DNA of 63,665 bases, counting the filler, from Hyphochytrium catenoides (lineage: Eukaryota > Protista > Hyphochytriomycota): NCBI GenBank assembly GCA_900088475.1. It is 10 parts of 10 records of this genome, joined end to end, with 100 filler letters (N's around TTAATTAATTAA, not from the genome) between each part and the next. Parts side by side here need not be neighbours in the genome. Positions count along the whole stretch, not along the records: positions 3,357 to 34,317 come from FLMG01000409.1; 9 more parts are not named here. One strand, written 5' to 3'. Shown in pieces: positions 20,472-32,661 of the stretch. Made by a program: the position numbers and the translations under genes. How positions within the stretch are numbered: position 1 is the stretch's first letter; each line of letters starts with the position of its first letter. The notes beneath the pieces were generated by a model. That model did not search any database and was not told the DNA's origin. It worked only from the letters and a program-made list of their open reading frames with translations.

Positions 20472-21940
20472 CTAAACGTCTTTTGCCTTCGACTGTTCCG
20501 TGAATTGGAATATGGATGCCTCAACTTTATCTTCTGTTGGCCTTACTCGTCTCTTGGCCCTGTCATTGGAGTCTTCGATGTCTGCGAACCGGGTCTCTGG
20601 CCGTTGTTCAATGGCTTGACTAGTCAATAAGGTCCTTCGTAGCTGTTCTTGGCTTGATGTCTGCTGGCGAACCTAAAAGAGTGCTGCAGGTTAGCTGGGA
20701 AGCCAAAAGCTGCGAGTAGAACGGCGTTTAGGCGGGAGTATGGAGGGTTGGGGACCCAAGAGCTCTATAAAGGTGGAGATGATCAGAGCCAAAGTCCCCA
20801 GCGGACGAAGAATATAGAAGGGCCAGAGAAATGGGTTAACCAGCGCCTCCGCACTAACCTTCAAGAGCTGAAGTCTGTCAGAGACGTCGCACTCGAGTAC
20901 TTTGAGCTCCTCGTATGACGTCGAGCGCACAGCCACATCCACCACTGCTCCATGGTAAGCCCTAGTTGCCCTATGTTAAAGACAAACAGCTCGTGAGGGA
21001 ACGCCACCTTGAGAAACAGAAGAATACCACGCGTACTACCAACAGTAGACGTCACCAATGAGGTAGAGGTAGAAGCGCCAAGCGGAGGTCGGGGAATCTC
21101 CCTCACTCGGAGCTGCCGACTTACCGGGAGAGCGTAACGAAAAGAACCGGAAGTATTTTTGCCCTGACGTAATCTTCGTGTCTTTCTAGCACAGGGACAA
21201 GGAGAGCCTCGAATACTAGCGGCGTCAGCTGGGTCGAGGTGAAGAACGGGGCCGAGTGTTAACGAAAAGATGACTGTGGGCCACAGATAAGTAGAGAGAC
21301 AGAACGAGGAAAAGGAGAGGCAGATGGCCTCAATCGACGGCGTTTGAAGGTAGACAGCGAACTAGATTGACGAGTTGTGATAATAGTAAAAAATCCAGTC
21401 AACCATCGGCCTCACATTTCCATTGGGGATGACCACAATGCCAAGTACTGCTGCCTTCAGCATGTAATAGAACGGGAACCTAGACGGCAATCATCGAGCA
21501 ATAAGCTTAAGTCGCAGTTTCTCTGTCTGGGGAAGCAAGATCCTTACCAAGAAAAGAAGAACTCAGCATAGGCCTCATAGAGCTGAATGCTGGCCAGAAG
21601 CGTCCTAGGAATTGTGACAGAGCTGTCAGCATGTTCCTTCTATCATTGGCGGGTTGATGGGCTCGCCTACCAGTACATCAACAGAATTTTGGCCTTCTTT
21701 CCTACGCCCATCCCAGGCCTTATCCTTGCAACAATACCGTCGTCGACGTCAGACTGTTGCTGAAGCTGTTGCTGCTCATAATGCTTATGATGGATTTGCT
21801 TAAGCAGCTTGAAGCTCCGATAAACGCCCGCCAGGTACCCAAAGCAGCTAAGGTGACGACATGGTCAGTGAAAAGGGTCTCTCTCACTTTGTCCGCGCTC
21901 GAACTTACGATAGCCCCACGCAGAGGAGATAAAACGTCAT
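20472..21940 (-). CDS. TB2/DP1/HVA22 (REEP) family protein, multi-exon
   Basis: Manual splicing gives MTFYLLCVGLS/CFGYLAGVYRSFKLL...KILLMYW/TLLASIQLYEAYAEFFFSW/FPFYYMLKAAVLGIVVIPNGN/...LLVPVLERHEDYV. The ORF track misses it because the exons are short. Confidence 0.85.
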
Positions 21941-22479
21941 GATAGTGATGCGAGTTGGATAGCTCAGATGACCCTTCTAACCGCTCTGGCTGAGAGTCAG
22001 ACCAAGTTCTCACTTGCTGAAGAAAATTGACCGCAATGTTGGCGATTTTGAGGAGATATCTACTTCCTTCCGCTTTGCCACAAAGAATCAGAGTCTATAC
22101 CTCATGCGCGTCCTAGAATGGAGCAGCCAAGGCAGAGGCAATGAGACACAGACTGAAGAGTAACTGGTTCACTCCTGCCTTCGAGCCTCCCTTGGGACTG
22201 GGATAGAGTGCTCGCAGACTGAGGATGAAGCTTGAAGCTCCTGATGCCGATGGCCAGAGCGCCAGAGCTCGATTGGCGCAGGAGATGAAGGCAGAGATCG
22301 ATGCAACCTCAACAACGAAACTGAAAAACGCGACACACCCGCCAAATCACTCAAAGGATCAGTTTAAATGGTTACTGTATAGAGGTTGGAGGATTGATCT
22401 TTTGCCATGTGCTGGAAGATTTGCGAAGGTGCGAATCCCTCCCAAGCGTCAGAAATGTCCGACCAGGTCATCAGTCTGA

Positions 22480-22532
<53 letters not shown>

Positions 22533-22722
22533 AAAGGGAGAATGAGAAAGAAAGATCACTCGTATCTGTCAATCTCATTCCCTCACACCAATCATAAGTT
22601 AGTCTATATCCCTGTTTCCCCAGAGCTCTTTCACTTGGGATGAGCAGGTCCTGAGAGTCCTGAGGTGGAGGCCGAACAGAGCCAAAGGCGCCTTCCAAGC
22701 ACCAGCACTAGGTTTCTGGTTC

Positions 22723-25385
22723 ATGCCGTACCCGCGCTTGAGACTCTTGATCTTCATTGCTGCAGTTCGTCTAGCCTGCATAGCGCTTCCAACTGGATTA
22801 GAAGCTTCGTCAGTGCACAGAGGAGAGACCTGCAACGTTCAGGGAGGAGCTATGATGCGTGCCGCCAAGTATAACGCTTCCAAGGAAGCCCTGGAGCTTA
22901 TGGAGATCCCTGTCCCATCTCCGTCGGAGCGCCAGGTCCTCATAAAGGTCAGGAAGCTATAGGGCTGTCGTCCTCACGTCCTCCAGAGCTCTGTCTCGTC
23001 TACTAACAGCTTTTATTGGGCCCATCGGCAGGTCCATTCCGCGGGTGTGAACCGTATTGATCTTCTCATGCTCTCCGCAATCCCCGTTGTGGGCATGGAG
23101 GTGGCTGGGACGATCGTGGAGCGAGGGAGCGGATGCCAGTCGACGTTGAAGGAAGGAGATGAAGTCTTTGCCCTCTTATCAGATGTAGGGAACAATGCCG
23201 AGGAAGTTGTTGACCTCTTGTCCTCCTTAATCCTCTGTCCATTGGGCCCCGTAGCTCGTCCTTATTTCTCATCGTCCCGTGTCTCCAGCTCTTTTTTTCT
23301 ATCTCTTGTCTCTCTCCTGCTTTCATCTCTCCCTCATACTTTCGTCTCTATAACTCCTTTCTTTCTCTTCTTGGGATCTGCTCTTTCGTCCAGGGAGGCT
23401 ACGCAGAATATGTCTCGGTGGACGAGCGACATGTACTTCCTCGACCTCAAGGCGGACTGTCCTTTGATGAGGTTAGTACGTCTCTTAGGGAGAACCTGCG
23501 GCTCAGTGACTCCTCTCTTTCGATCTTTAGAGTCTCTTCTTCGTTATCGGCCTTCTTCCTCTTACCTACACTTCCCTCCTAAAGTCATTCGTTCTGTTCG
23601 TTCTTCCTTCCCTGCCCGTCTCTCTCTTTCTCATTGCTTCTCTCAGACTTACCTTCTTTGGCCATTCAATATTATGTCGACCTTAGCTTGGAGGCATCGC
23701 AGAAGCTTGGCTTACCGGTTACCAGCTTCTGCACTTTGTGGGTCAAGTGAAAAAGGGACAGACTGTCCTTGTACACGCCGCAGGCAGCGGTGTCGGCCAC
23801 GCCGTCCTCCAGGTAGCGCCTTCTTGCTTGTCTTTCCTGCGCGCTCTCTCTCTCTCTCTGGCATATGGCCTGTTTGGCCCGTGCTGATGGTGTTCGTCGC
23901 TCTCTTTTTCTCGAGAGCCCTTGCCAATGCTCCTCGCTGTCTTCACACTTCCATTTCTTTCTCTAGATGGCAAGGGTCGCTGGCGCAAAGATTATAGCTA
24001 CTGCGGGATCTGCGGAGAAGCTAGAAGTGGCTAAAAGGTAGTCACCGGACACATCATTGTACAGCGCGGGAGACGAGGGGAAGATGAGGTAGTAGGAGAC
24101 GCACAGGGGGCGAGGAAGAGAGAAGGTGGGAAGGATATGATGCAAGAGAGAACTGTCGAAAGCGGTCAAAGAGCATAGTCTTCACATGGTGGCCAACCGT
24201 GAAAACCAAGGAGACAAAGCAAGAAGAAAACATGATGTCTAACCGTACTTTGGTCCTCTTTCTCTCCTCTCTCTCTCTCTCTTCTCCTTCTCTCTTCTCT
24301 TCTTTGCTCTTGTTCCTTGCTCTTGTTCAATCTTTGGAACCTGTAATCTGGCGGCTAAGATTCGGCGCCGACTGTGGCATCAACTACAAGGAGCAGAAAT
24401 TTGGCGAGGAAGTGCAGAGACTGACCGAAGGGCGTGGTGCGAATCTAATTCTTGATTGTGTGGGCGAGAGTCACGCGGAAGAGAATGTTAAAAGCTTGGC
24501 CATGGACGGGACTTGGGTGGTCTATGGGACTCTTGGTACCTCGTTTTTCGTCCTTGCTCCCTTCCAGCTTGTCTCTCTTTCTGCCCTCTTTCTTTCCTCC
24601 TTTCCGTGGAAGAGCTGAGCGTTTCCCTCTTCCACACATCTCATCTTACTCTTTCTTCGCTTGTCTATTCCTTTCTCTTTCGTTGCGGCTGCTCTCTCTC
24701 ATTTTGGACCTCTAACAAACCGTCTTCTCTCCTTTTACCGTTCAGAGCGCTCCTCTTCTTCTTGCACCATTGTGCGCTGAGCTCATTTTCTTCCACCCTT
24801 CTGCCATATTGACCTAATCTGTTTCTATGCGATCGACTCTAGGTGGCCCCAATGCTCCGCCCAACTTTATCCGGTCAATTTTAATGAAGAGAGCCAATAT
24901 AAAGGGTAGGGCTATGGCAGATAACCATGCTTCCGTCTGTCCACCTCTATGCTGTTGCCCTCCTACAGTCATTTGTATCGTCATTTTGTCGCAGCTCTTG
25001 ACGGCTCTCGTTTTCTTTAGATAACTTGCCTTGGTCTCTCTCTGTCTCCATCTTAGGTTGGCCTCCTTTGTCTGCTTTCCCTCTCTCACCTCTTGACAGC
25101 AATGGTGTCTCTTGCGCTTTTCCCGTGCTTTTTCCTGTTTCCTTGGCTAACTGCGCTGTTCGTGATTTATAAGGGACAACGCTACGGTCAAGGTCAACAG
25201 AATATAAGGCAGACTTGGTCTCAAGCTTTAGCAAAGATATCCTTCCTCTCATTTCTTCTGGCTCTCTCAAGGTCGAGATAGACAGAGTCTTTGACTTCGA
25301 GGAAGTGAATGACGCTCTGCAGCACATGAAAGGGAACAAGAATATTGGGAAGATCATCCTTCGCATGGAAAAGACCAAAGAATAA
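22723..25385 (+). CDS. NAD(P)H quinone oxidoreductase, PIG3/TP53I3-like MDR family, multi-exon
   Basis: Motifs [57 protein letters not shown] and a C-terminal [13 protein letters not shown]. The start is at 22723 or ~22852. Confidence 0.92.
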
Positions 25386-25851
25386 AGTTCTTTCCTCTTT
25401 TCTCTAGAGACATTGGCCTCTTTTATCTTCTTCATCATCTTCTCTCCCTGTTGCACAGCCTACGGAAATGTGCACCGTTCTCTTTTCCCATCTTCTCTTC
25501 GCAAGCCCGCGCTGAAGTTTGCCCTTTCATTCCCTTTCGTTCTCTGCATGGCATCTCTCCCTGCTTTCCCCCTTACATAAGCTATGTGTCCCTAAAATGG
25601 CGAACGACTGAAAAGGAAAGGCTGTACATAAATAGTATAGAGCTATAACCTGCGATAGCCCTCGTCTAGGCAGCTATCCCGCTCCTCCAGCTCGCAAGAG
25701 ACATAGAGACACAGCCAGCTGAAGGTCGTGGAGATGCTTTGCAGAAAACGCTCCCATTCTTTCTTGCGCAAAATGCTTTCGTTATCCGACGGGCAAACGG
25801 AGAGAAAGGAAAGCAGGGAGAAACGCCTGGGGTTCTTCAAGAGCTGTTCTT

Positions 25852-28800
25852 CTAACTGATAGTGCAGTGTGAACAGATCCCAGAAAGGGCTGATTTAGTG
25901 GAAGGTCCTCGCTCCTCCGTACACTCTGACGTAGCAGCCACACTGCCTGCACTACTGGGAGCAAAGCGAGTAGAGGGAAAGCGTATCGCCTCAACGATAA
26001 GAGACTTGATCATTTGCCTTCTGGCTGCCGGGTAGTGGACGGAGCTTCTCTCGGCTTGGGAAGGTGGATCTTCCACAGCATCTAATTTTGATGTGTCTAC
26101 TCTGTACTCTGAGTCCAGCTGGAAGCACTGGAGAAGACCTTGCTCCGTTAACATGCACTGCTTCCACTCCTCATAGGTTATCCACTCGGCCTTGATCATC
26201 TGAGCGACCTTCGTTACGAAAGAGTAGGCGTCCGACGTATAATTTACAAGCGCGTCGGTGGGAGACAGAATTGGGAGCGACTGTCGTCCAAGGACCGTCT
26301 GCTCTGCAGGAGAGCTCCAGTAGAGAAGATTTCGGCTGCTTAATGTTGCCTTAGGCTTACGGAAGCGGTGGGCGGTGCCTCGGCCCCCACGTAAAGTCTG
26401 GAGAGAGGTTGGAGGAAGCCTCTCTGATCTGAGATGGAGAGAGACTAAGGAGGAATCAACCGCCGGCACATCTCTCTTGCTTGGAGCACTCAGGACAGGG
26501 GCTTGAGAGGGAGGCGTGAACTGCGTGAGCAGTGTATCTTTGCTGCTGGCCCTGATATCCTCTGTATGAAGGAGGAGAAAGAGAGTCTCAGAGAGAGAGA
26601 GAAGGTTTTCGTGAGAAATCTTTCCAGAAGTCTTCTCTACATAGAGATCAAAACAGAGGCGTAGGCGCTGCTCCAAAGTCCCACTGCAGATCGTGGACAT
26701 AGCAGTTAAGAGATCCCTGCACCGCACTGTCTTGAGGGAATCTCCAGCAAACAGCTGTTAAGAGAACGCGATGAGGGTCAGAGTGGGAACATGAGCCCGT
26801 TCGTTATCTGTAACTAAAGCTGAGCCTGCGTCTCTAGATCATCCGCAAACAGGAGATGCGGCCTGTGCCTTAACCCCACTCTGTTTGTCCCCACTCCCAC
26901 TCTGTCTGTCCTCATCATCCCTTCTATCGCAGGGATGGTCCTCTTCGCAGAGACTATATCAGCTTACAACGCCTCCTTTCTTAGTATGACTGTCTCTAAA
27001 ATCCCTTATCTCGTTTACCTTAAACAGCTTCCTTGCGTCCGCCTGAGGCCAATCAGGCATGATCTTCTTCACTGTCAACTCGAAGATCTCCCAGCCGATG
27101 GCATCCGGAGCCGGTGGCGGCTGTGTGTCAGTATGAGACCTGCGCAGAGGAAGCTGCCCGTCCGACTCCGGCGGATTGCTGCTATAGGCTCGGACCATTC
27201 GTTTCTTTGATCTCTCCGAAGTGTGCTTCAGCAGTTCCGCCTTCAGCACTAAGAAATGCCCCCTGCTGACGCTTCTCACGCCGGTTAATCTGCTTACCTC
27301 GCTTGGCTTTCTAATGCACGCCTTCACTGCCGCTCTAAGGGCCTGTGCGGCCTCTGCGGTCAGCTGGAAGCCCAGAGCTATTTGTAGAAGGTTCTCTATG
27401 GTCACAGGTAGACGAGAGACATAGCCTAAGAGCGTCGGATAGGCCATGATAGGGTCCGCAGCAGCCGTCTCCGCCACTTCGTCGTCAGCTAGCTCCACAC
27501 AGGCAAGCGCTACCTGCAGAAGCATAAGGAAACTTTCACTGGCAGAGATACTAAACAGCGCATCCCAGAGCCTAACAAGCTTGTCTAGCGGCATCTCTCC
27601 AACGAATCCCGTCATTATCCACTTAAAGCTCAGCAGAGATGCGACGTTACGAATCTCTTGTGCAGTCAACGCAGTGAGGAGTGATCGCTGGATCAGCAGC
27701 TGGCTGAAGACGACAGCGTAGACGTGAAATCCTGTGGTTCACTTAGCATTAGTCGGTCAACGACCCGCATACTTCCATCACTCTTATCTCTCTATCCCTA
27801 TGATTTCCTCCACCAGTGCTAAATGAATCTTCTCTCTCTGGTGAATCTTGCTGGTTCTGTTTAGCTCACAGTCTTTCGCATGGTGAGTAGAGAGTGATGT
27901 ACCTTGGAGCCTTGGATACTCTGCAAAGAAGTCCTTGGGAAGTACGTTCTCTAAAAGATGGCAGAAGGTCCAGAAGGCTTCTTCCTCTCCCAGGCCACCG
28001 CCCTGTGTCACCAACATCGCCGCCAGGTAATTCATCCCCTGCGTATACCGCATCTGCGGCGCCATGTTCCGACAACATGCAGCAAGAAGTATTCGCTCTA
28101 CTTGCGCGGAGACAGTCTCCCTAAATGAGATCACATACTGCCGTCAGCCGCAAACGATAAATTCACTCTTTATCGGGAGGTGCACTCACTGGTATCTCCT
28201 CATCCTTTGCTCTCTTTCTCTCTCGGTCGCTCTCTCACTCTCTTTCGCCCCCTTTCTCTCTCATATTTTTCTCTTCCAGCCCGCCTGCCGCAAGTCCAGG
28301 CACTTCCCTACAACCGCTTACTTCCTACCTATCCTTTCTTCCTTCTTTTGAGGTTTTTCTCTCGTTCTCCCTTCCTTCTCACTTTCTTCCCTGTGTCTAT
28401 CCCTAACAGCTGATGGTCACAGCTCCGCCCTCATACCTGTCTAGCTCCCGCTTGTCAAAGGTGGACGTCAGGAGGACCTCAGGATAACGCCGCGCATCAG
28501 AACGGATTAGAAGCCGTTCAGCTGGGTCAAGGTCCCTCCCAGAGCGCTCGAGGAACTGCTGATAGGTCTGGCTGGAAGAGTACTTGAGCTCTGTATGCGT
28601 CCATAGTTCTCGTCGGACATCTGCAGCAATGCCGCCCTTGAGGCACATTTGGAAGCATTGTGCCTCGAAGCTGCGTCTTAGTTCATGGTTCAGAATACGA
28701 TTCCGCGGGTTAACGCTTGACTGTTCAGGAGAAAAGTGCCCTTTGTCCAAAGTGTCATAGCTTGGAGAAGGAGAATTGAAGTGGGAGGAGGCGGCATGCG

Positions 28801-28966
28801 GCGTCCTATCAGGCACTGGAGGCGTGGATAGAGACTGCTTACGACTGGTAAGCACAATCTGAAAGGTGCCATTAGGGGAACTGGAAGACGCCATTCTGCT
28901 TCTCACGTCCCGTAGTGAGCTAGAAGATCCGTCTCGGCTAGCTAGTGCAGGTAGCGTGGTAGTCAA
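25852..28966 (-). CDS. Rab-GAP TBC domain protein with C-terminal EF-hand-like region, multi-exon
   Basis: Motifs GGIAADVRRELW, IRSDARR (R-finger), YTQGMNYLAA (Q-finger), EEEAFW, RLWDALF and SGTLEQRLRLCFDLY. Ends ...CSHCTIS*. The first in-frame ATG is at 28894. Confidence 0.9.
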
Positions 28967-29756
28967 GATACATGGTCTAGCCGCATTGTCTTTTTGCGGC
29001 GTAGGGTTTAGAAATGGGCTATAAATAAACCGCCGTGGCTCCTACTACTAGAAGCTGCGGTGAGTCTCTAGAGGACGAGGATTTTGGCTTCTGCCAGAAG
29101 GAGAGAAGATAGAACTTGCTGCTTGGAAAGGTGGCATAAGCACACAGCTACGCTCCATACCCCGCGGGCTTTTAGTCTCGAGTCAACACTAGGTCAGCCA
29201 GCACGCCAAGCGCCTCCAGCTCTACTCGTCGATGCAATCTATTTCAGGCCGCGGTTGATGAAGGCTGACTCTATCGTCACCAGGCTCTAGCCTCAAAGGA
29301 GGAGTCCTCAGAGAAGGACGGTGGCTCCTAACAAAGAAGGTTCAAGGAGTGAAGATAGAACAGACCTGGGTCTTACGTGGGCGCTGACTCCATGAACCCA
29401 ATGCAAAGCCCGATACTTCTCTGTCTGAGGAAGCAGCCGCGGACGCCGATGATCAGGTGCCATCCCCTGCCTGAGAGGCTCAAGCGAAGCTCAAGAGCCA
29501 GGCCATGGGAAGGAAAAGGAAAGACAGAGCTCGACAAACGGTGCGAACAAAGGCGGCGGGGAAACTAAACAGAAAAAAGGCAGAAAAGGCGAAGACCAGA
29601 AAAAGATCAATCATTGTATCAGAGTACTAATCAAATTATCGATTACTTTGTTGGGTTCACTCCAGCAGCTTCCGCTTCGCGCCGAGGCCTCATCAAAGCA
29701 ATCTCAAGGAGGAAAACCCTCAAGACATAGAACGTGGTGGGATGCCCTGAAATTCA

Positions 29757-29858
29757 GAGCTCAGAGCCCACACGGTTCGTTCGAGCAAGCTCTGAAGCTC
29801 AGAGCCCACACCGTCCGTTTCGAGCAAGCCTTGAAGCTCAAGGCACACGGTTCGTTTG
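29757..29858. repeat. Degenerate tandem repeat, ~2.7 copies of a 37-39 bp unit
   Basis: gagctcagagcccacacggttcgttcgagcaagctct / gaagctcagagcccacaccgtccgtttcgagcaagcctt / gaagctcaaggcacacggttcgtttg. Confidence 0.8.
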
Positions 29859-30417
29859 GTGTGTGTGTCTCTTGTGAGGACTGCTGGTCTGCATACAGTG
29901 TGGGCCTTGAGCGCATGAGTCAAGAGCGCATGAGTGAAAAGTGTGTGATCATATCTCCTTCTACAAGGAGCCCCTCCAATTCTCCCCCTTCTGGACAAAC
30001 CTTAGACTTTACGGAGACTGTCCCCTCCCGACGTTACCAAGCTCAGGCCGGGGTTAGTCTGGAGCGGGGCTCGCTCTCCAATAATGGCTACTTCTTCTGA
30101 CTTTTCTGACGAAGGTTCGTTCGCGAAGATGATGTCGGACGGCCCCCTAAAAGGGCAGTGTCGGCTTGCCAATAGACCGACCCGCTATTTTGCTGTTCCG
30201 TAAGGTAATCCTTTGCAGTTTCCTTTGTTTTTCTCTCTCTTCTCCATCGTCAACCATAGTGGTACCTACTCCTGCTGCCTTGTTCATGTTTGCTGAGAAT
30301 ATAGTGGCTCGAAGACAATGGTAGGAAGCACAGAAGAGTCGTGGTCATATTATCATAGTAGAACAGCCTGAAGCCACTTTCTAGCTGGCGTATCCAGCGC
30401 TTGCCGCATGCTGTGCC

Positions 30418-32661
30418 TTACGCCTGGCCTCGGGTAAGGAGAGGAACAGTCTCATTTTCGTGTTGGCCGACGACTGCGTCTTTCTCTCTTCTGTAAGACT
30501 CAACCCTGGCCTGATATAAATATATACTCGCGCCTCCTAAAGCGCATAAGACACCATTTAGGAGGAAAACAGCCCAATAGCTCCCTAGGACATTAGGGAT
30601 GAGAGGAAAGATAATCCGTGCCACTGATGAGGTGGTTCCCATGTAGCCCATAAGGGTGCCCTGAGGCTTGCTACCTAAGATTTTGGAGAAGGCGGCTACA
30701 ACGACGGCTGAGCAGATAGGGGATCCGATAGACCAAAAGAAGATGTTTCCTACACACATTGTCGTGGTCAGAGAGGTGTGAGATGTATAGCATGAAGACT
30801 CATTCACTACTTAGAACGGAAGATGGAGTGTAGATACAAGCATACGGCCAATAATAGCGGAGAGGAAGCTAAGGAACTATTAATGGAGAGCGAAGCCGTG
30901 CAAAAACAGGCGTTGTAGATGGAGAGATTACAATGGAAAAAAGGAGAAGATTTGTTTGCTATTCCCCGCGGCAAGAAGATAAAGATCATGATGGAAGCTG
31001 TCCACAAACAACAACTGAAGCAGCAACAAGGACAATGCTGCTGGACACCACCACCTACCTATCGTTAGCCGAGTCATGCCCATTTCTGAAGGGTAGGGAG
31101 CTAAGATAAGATTACCTACAAAGAAGGGGACAATGGGTGGTGAGCCAGAGACAGCTGTTGACACAGACGTAACCTTCGACATGTGGGAGGGTTTGACAGT
31201 ATGAACAAAGGGAATGATGATGCGAAGAGGTTCACCAGTAGCCTAGAGCCAGCACGCCAGGAAAGAGCACTTGGAGACGATGGTCGAGCTCACCGATAGC
31301 CTCAGCTATAAAGCCAATCACAATCATATGGGCTTCGGACACTCCTCTCCTCGAGAGCGGGTCAAGTGCCAAATACGTCACTACGCCCACAAGACCAAGA
31401 TACAGCTGGAACTCTGAGGCGTTCACTATCGCGGTGGGTGACGCCTCATCTTCATGGTGTGCAGTCAGATACATTGTTACAGATACCGTCTCAAAAATGC
31501 CGAGAATTCCTCTGTTTAAGCAGTTGAGGCCCATCAAGAGCAGCACACCCACTGTTATTAGCTCTTCTGGGACTCTTCCGGGTTCTGAAGGAGTGGACCT
31601 GCGTTGAGCAGGAGCTGCAGTTCCGTTTTGCGCTCCTCCAGCAGGCAGAGTTGTCTGGGTGTCTCTAGGAGCGTCGTCCTTTGTGATAGACTCATCCCAG
31701 AGCAGCCACATAAAGATGACTACCAGGGCGTTAAGAAGGACCAAAAGTGCCCCTATAGTTTACAGGGAAAGCCCCAAGAATGAGTCCCATGGCGGAAAGA
31801 TGTGTCAAGAATGAGGTTCAATGTGTGCCAGAAAACAGTTAACGACCTACTAGAAGAAAAGATGTCTCGAGGTCTTAGTGTAAGGCCCTCATACTGTCAG
31901 CCACGAAGAAGTGAACATAAAGTCACAATATTCACTAGTAGCAACGAGATGCGTTCGAAGGAAATGGAATATTTGTTACTGGCCCGTGGAGATGAAGAAG
32001 GCCCGACAGCCTTACCCGGAGAGGTAAATTTGTTTATGTGATAAGTGAAGATCCAAAAGTCCACCTCACTGACATACTTCCCGATGCCAGGTGTCACTGC
32101 GAACCCCAAGAACACGACCAAGCTTAGCCATGTCAGATATCGCAGGCGCTGATCCGTCCGCGTCAACGCCGCTACGTTAGCCCTACAGACGCTGCGATTC
32201 CCAGCCCCGAAACCGACGAGAAAGCGGCTAGCATATAGAAGATAAATACTGTCCACCACTTGCTTATCTGCTGTCATATAGACGAGGTTGCCCCAAATGC
32301 AGATCAACGCTGAAATGATATACACCCAGCGAAAGGAGATCCAATCACTCATCCAGCCCAAGACGGTGGAGGAGATGAGCCGACCGAGAGAGAATAGAGA
32401 GGTCATCACGGCCATAGAGGCAAGATCTCCGCCCAGAGAGACGTTGTAAAGGTATAATGACGGCAAGGTGAGCCCTCTCGAGCTCTCACCGGCAAACTCT
32501 ACGAAGTAGACCATGAACATATGCAGATACCATTGAAAGGTGCGTGGTTGGCCCAATTCGATCTCCTGCTTATCATCTTGCAGGTCAGAAATATCTTGCA
32601 GCTTGGACGCTCCTCCTGCCTGCTTCTCATTGTTCTGAAGCGCTAGATATGAAGGTGGCAT
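30418..32661 (-). CDS. Major facilitator superfamily transporter (MFSD8-like), multi-exon
   Basis: Motif A-like GWMSDWISFR, SRFLVGFGAGN and FSKILGSKPQGTLMG...SVARIIFP, with multiple TM helices. Confidence 0.9.

Noticed and set aside
29757-29858. CRISPR-like periodicity
   Set aside because: The units are contiguous degenerate tandem copies with no unique spacers, there are no cas genes, and the context is eukaryotic.
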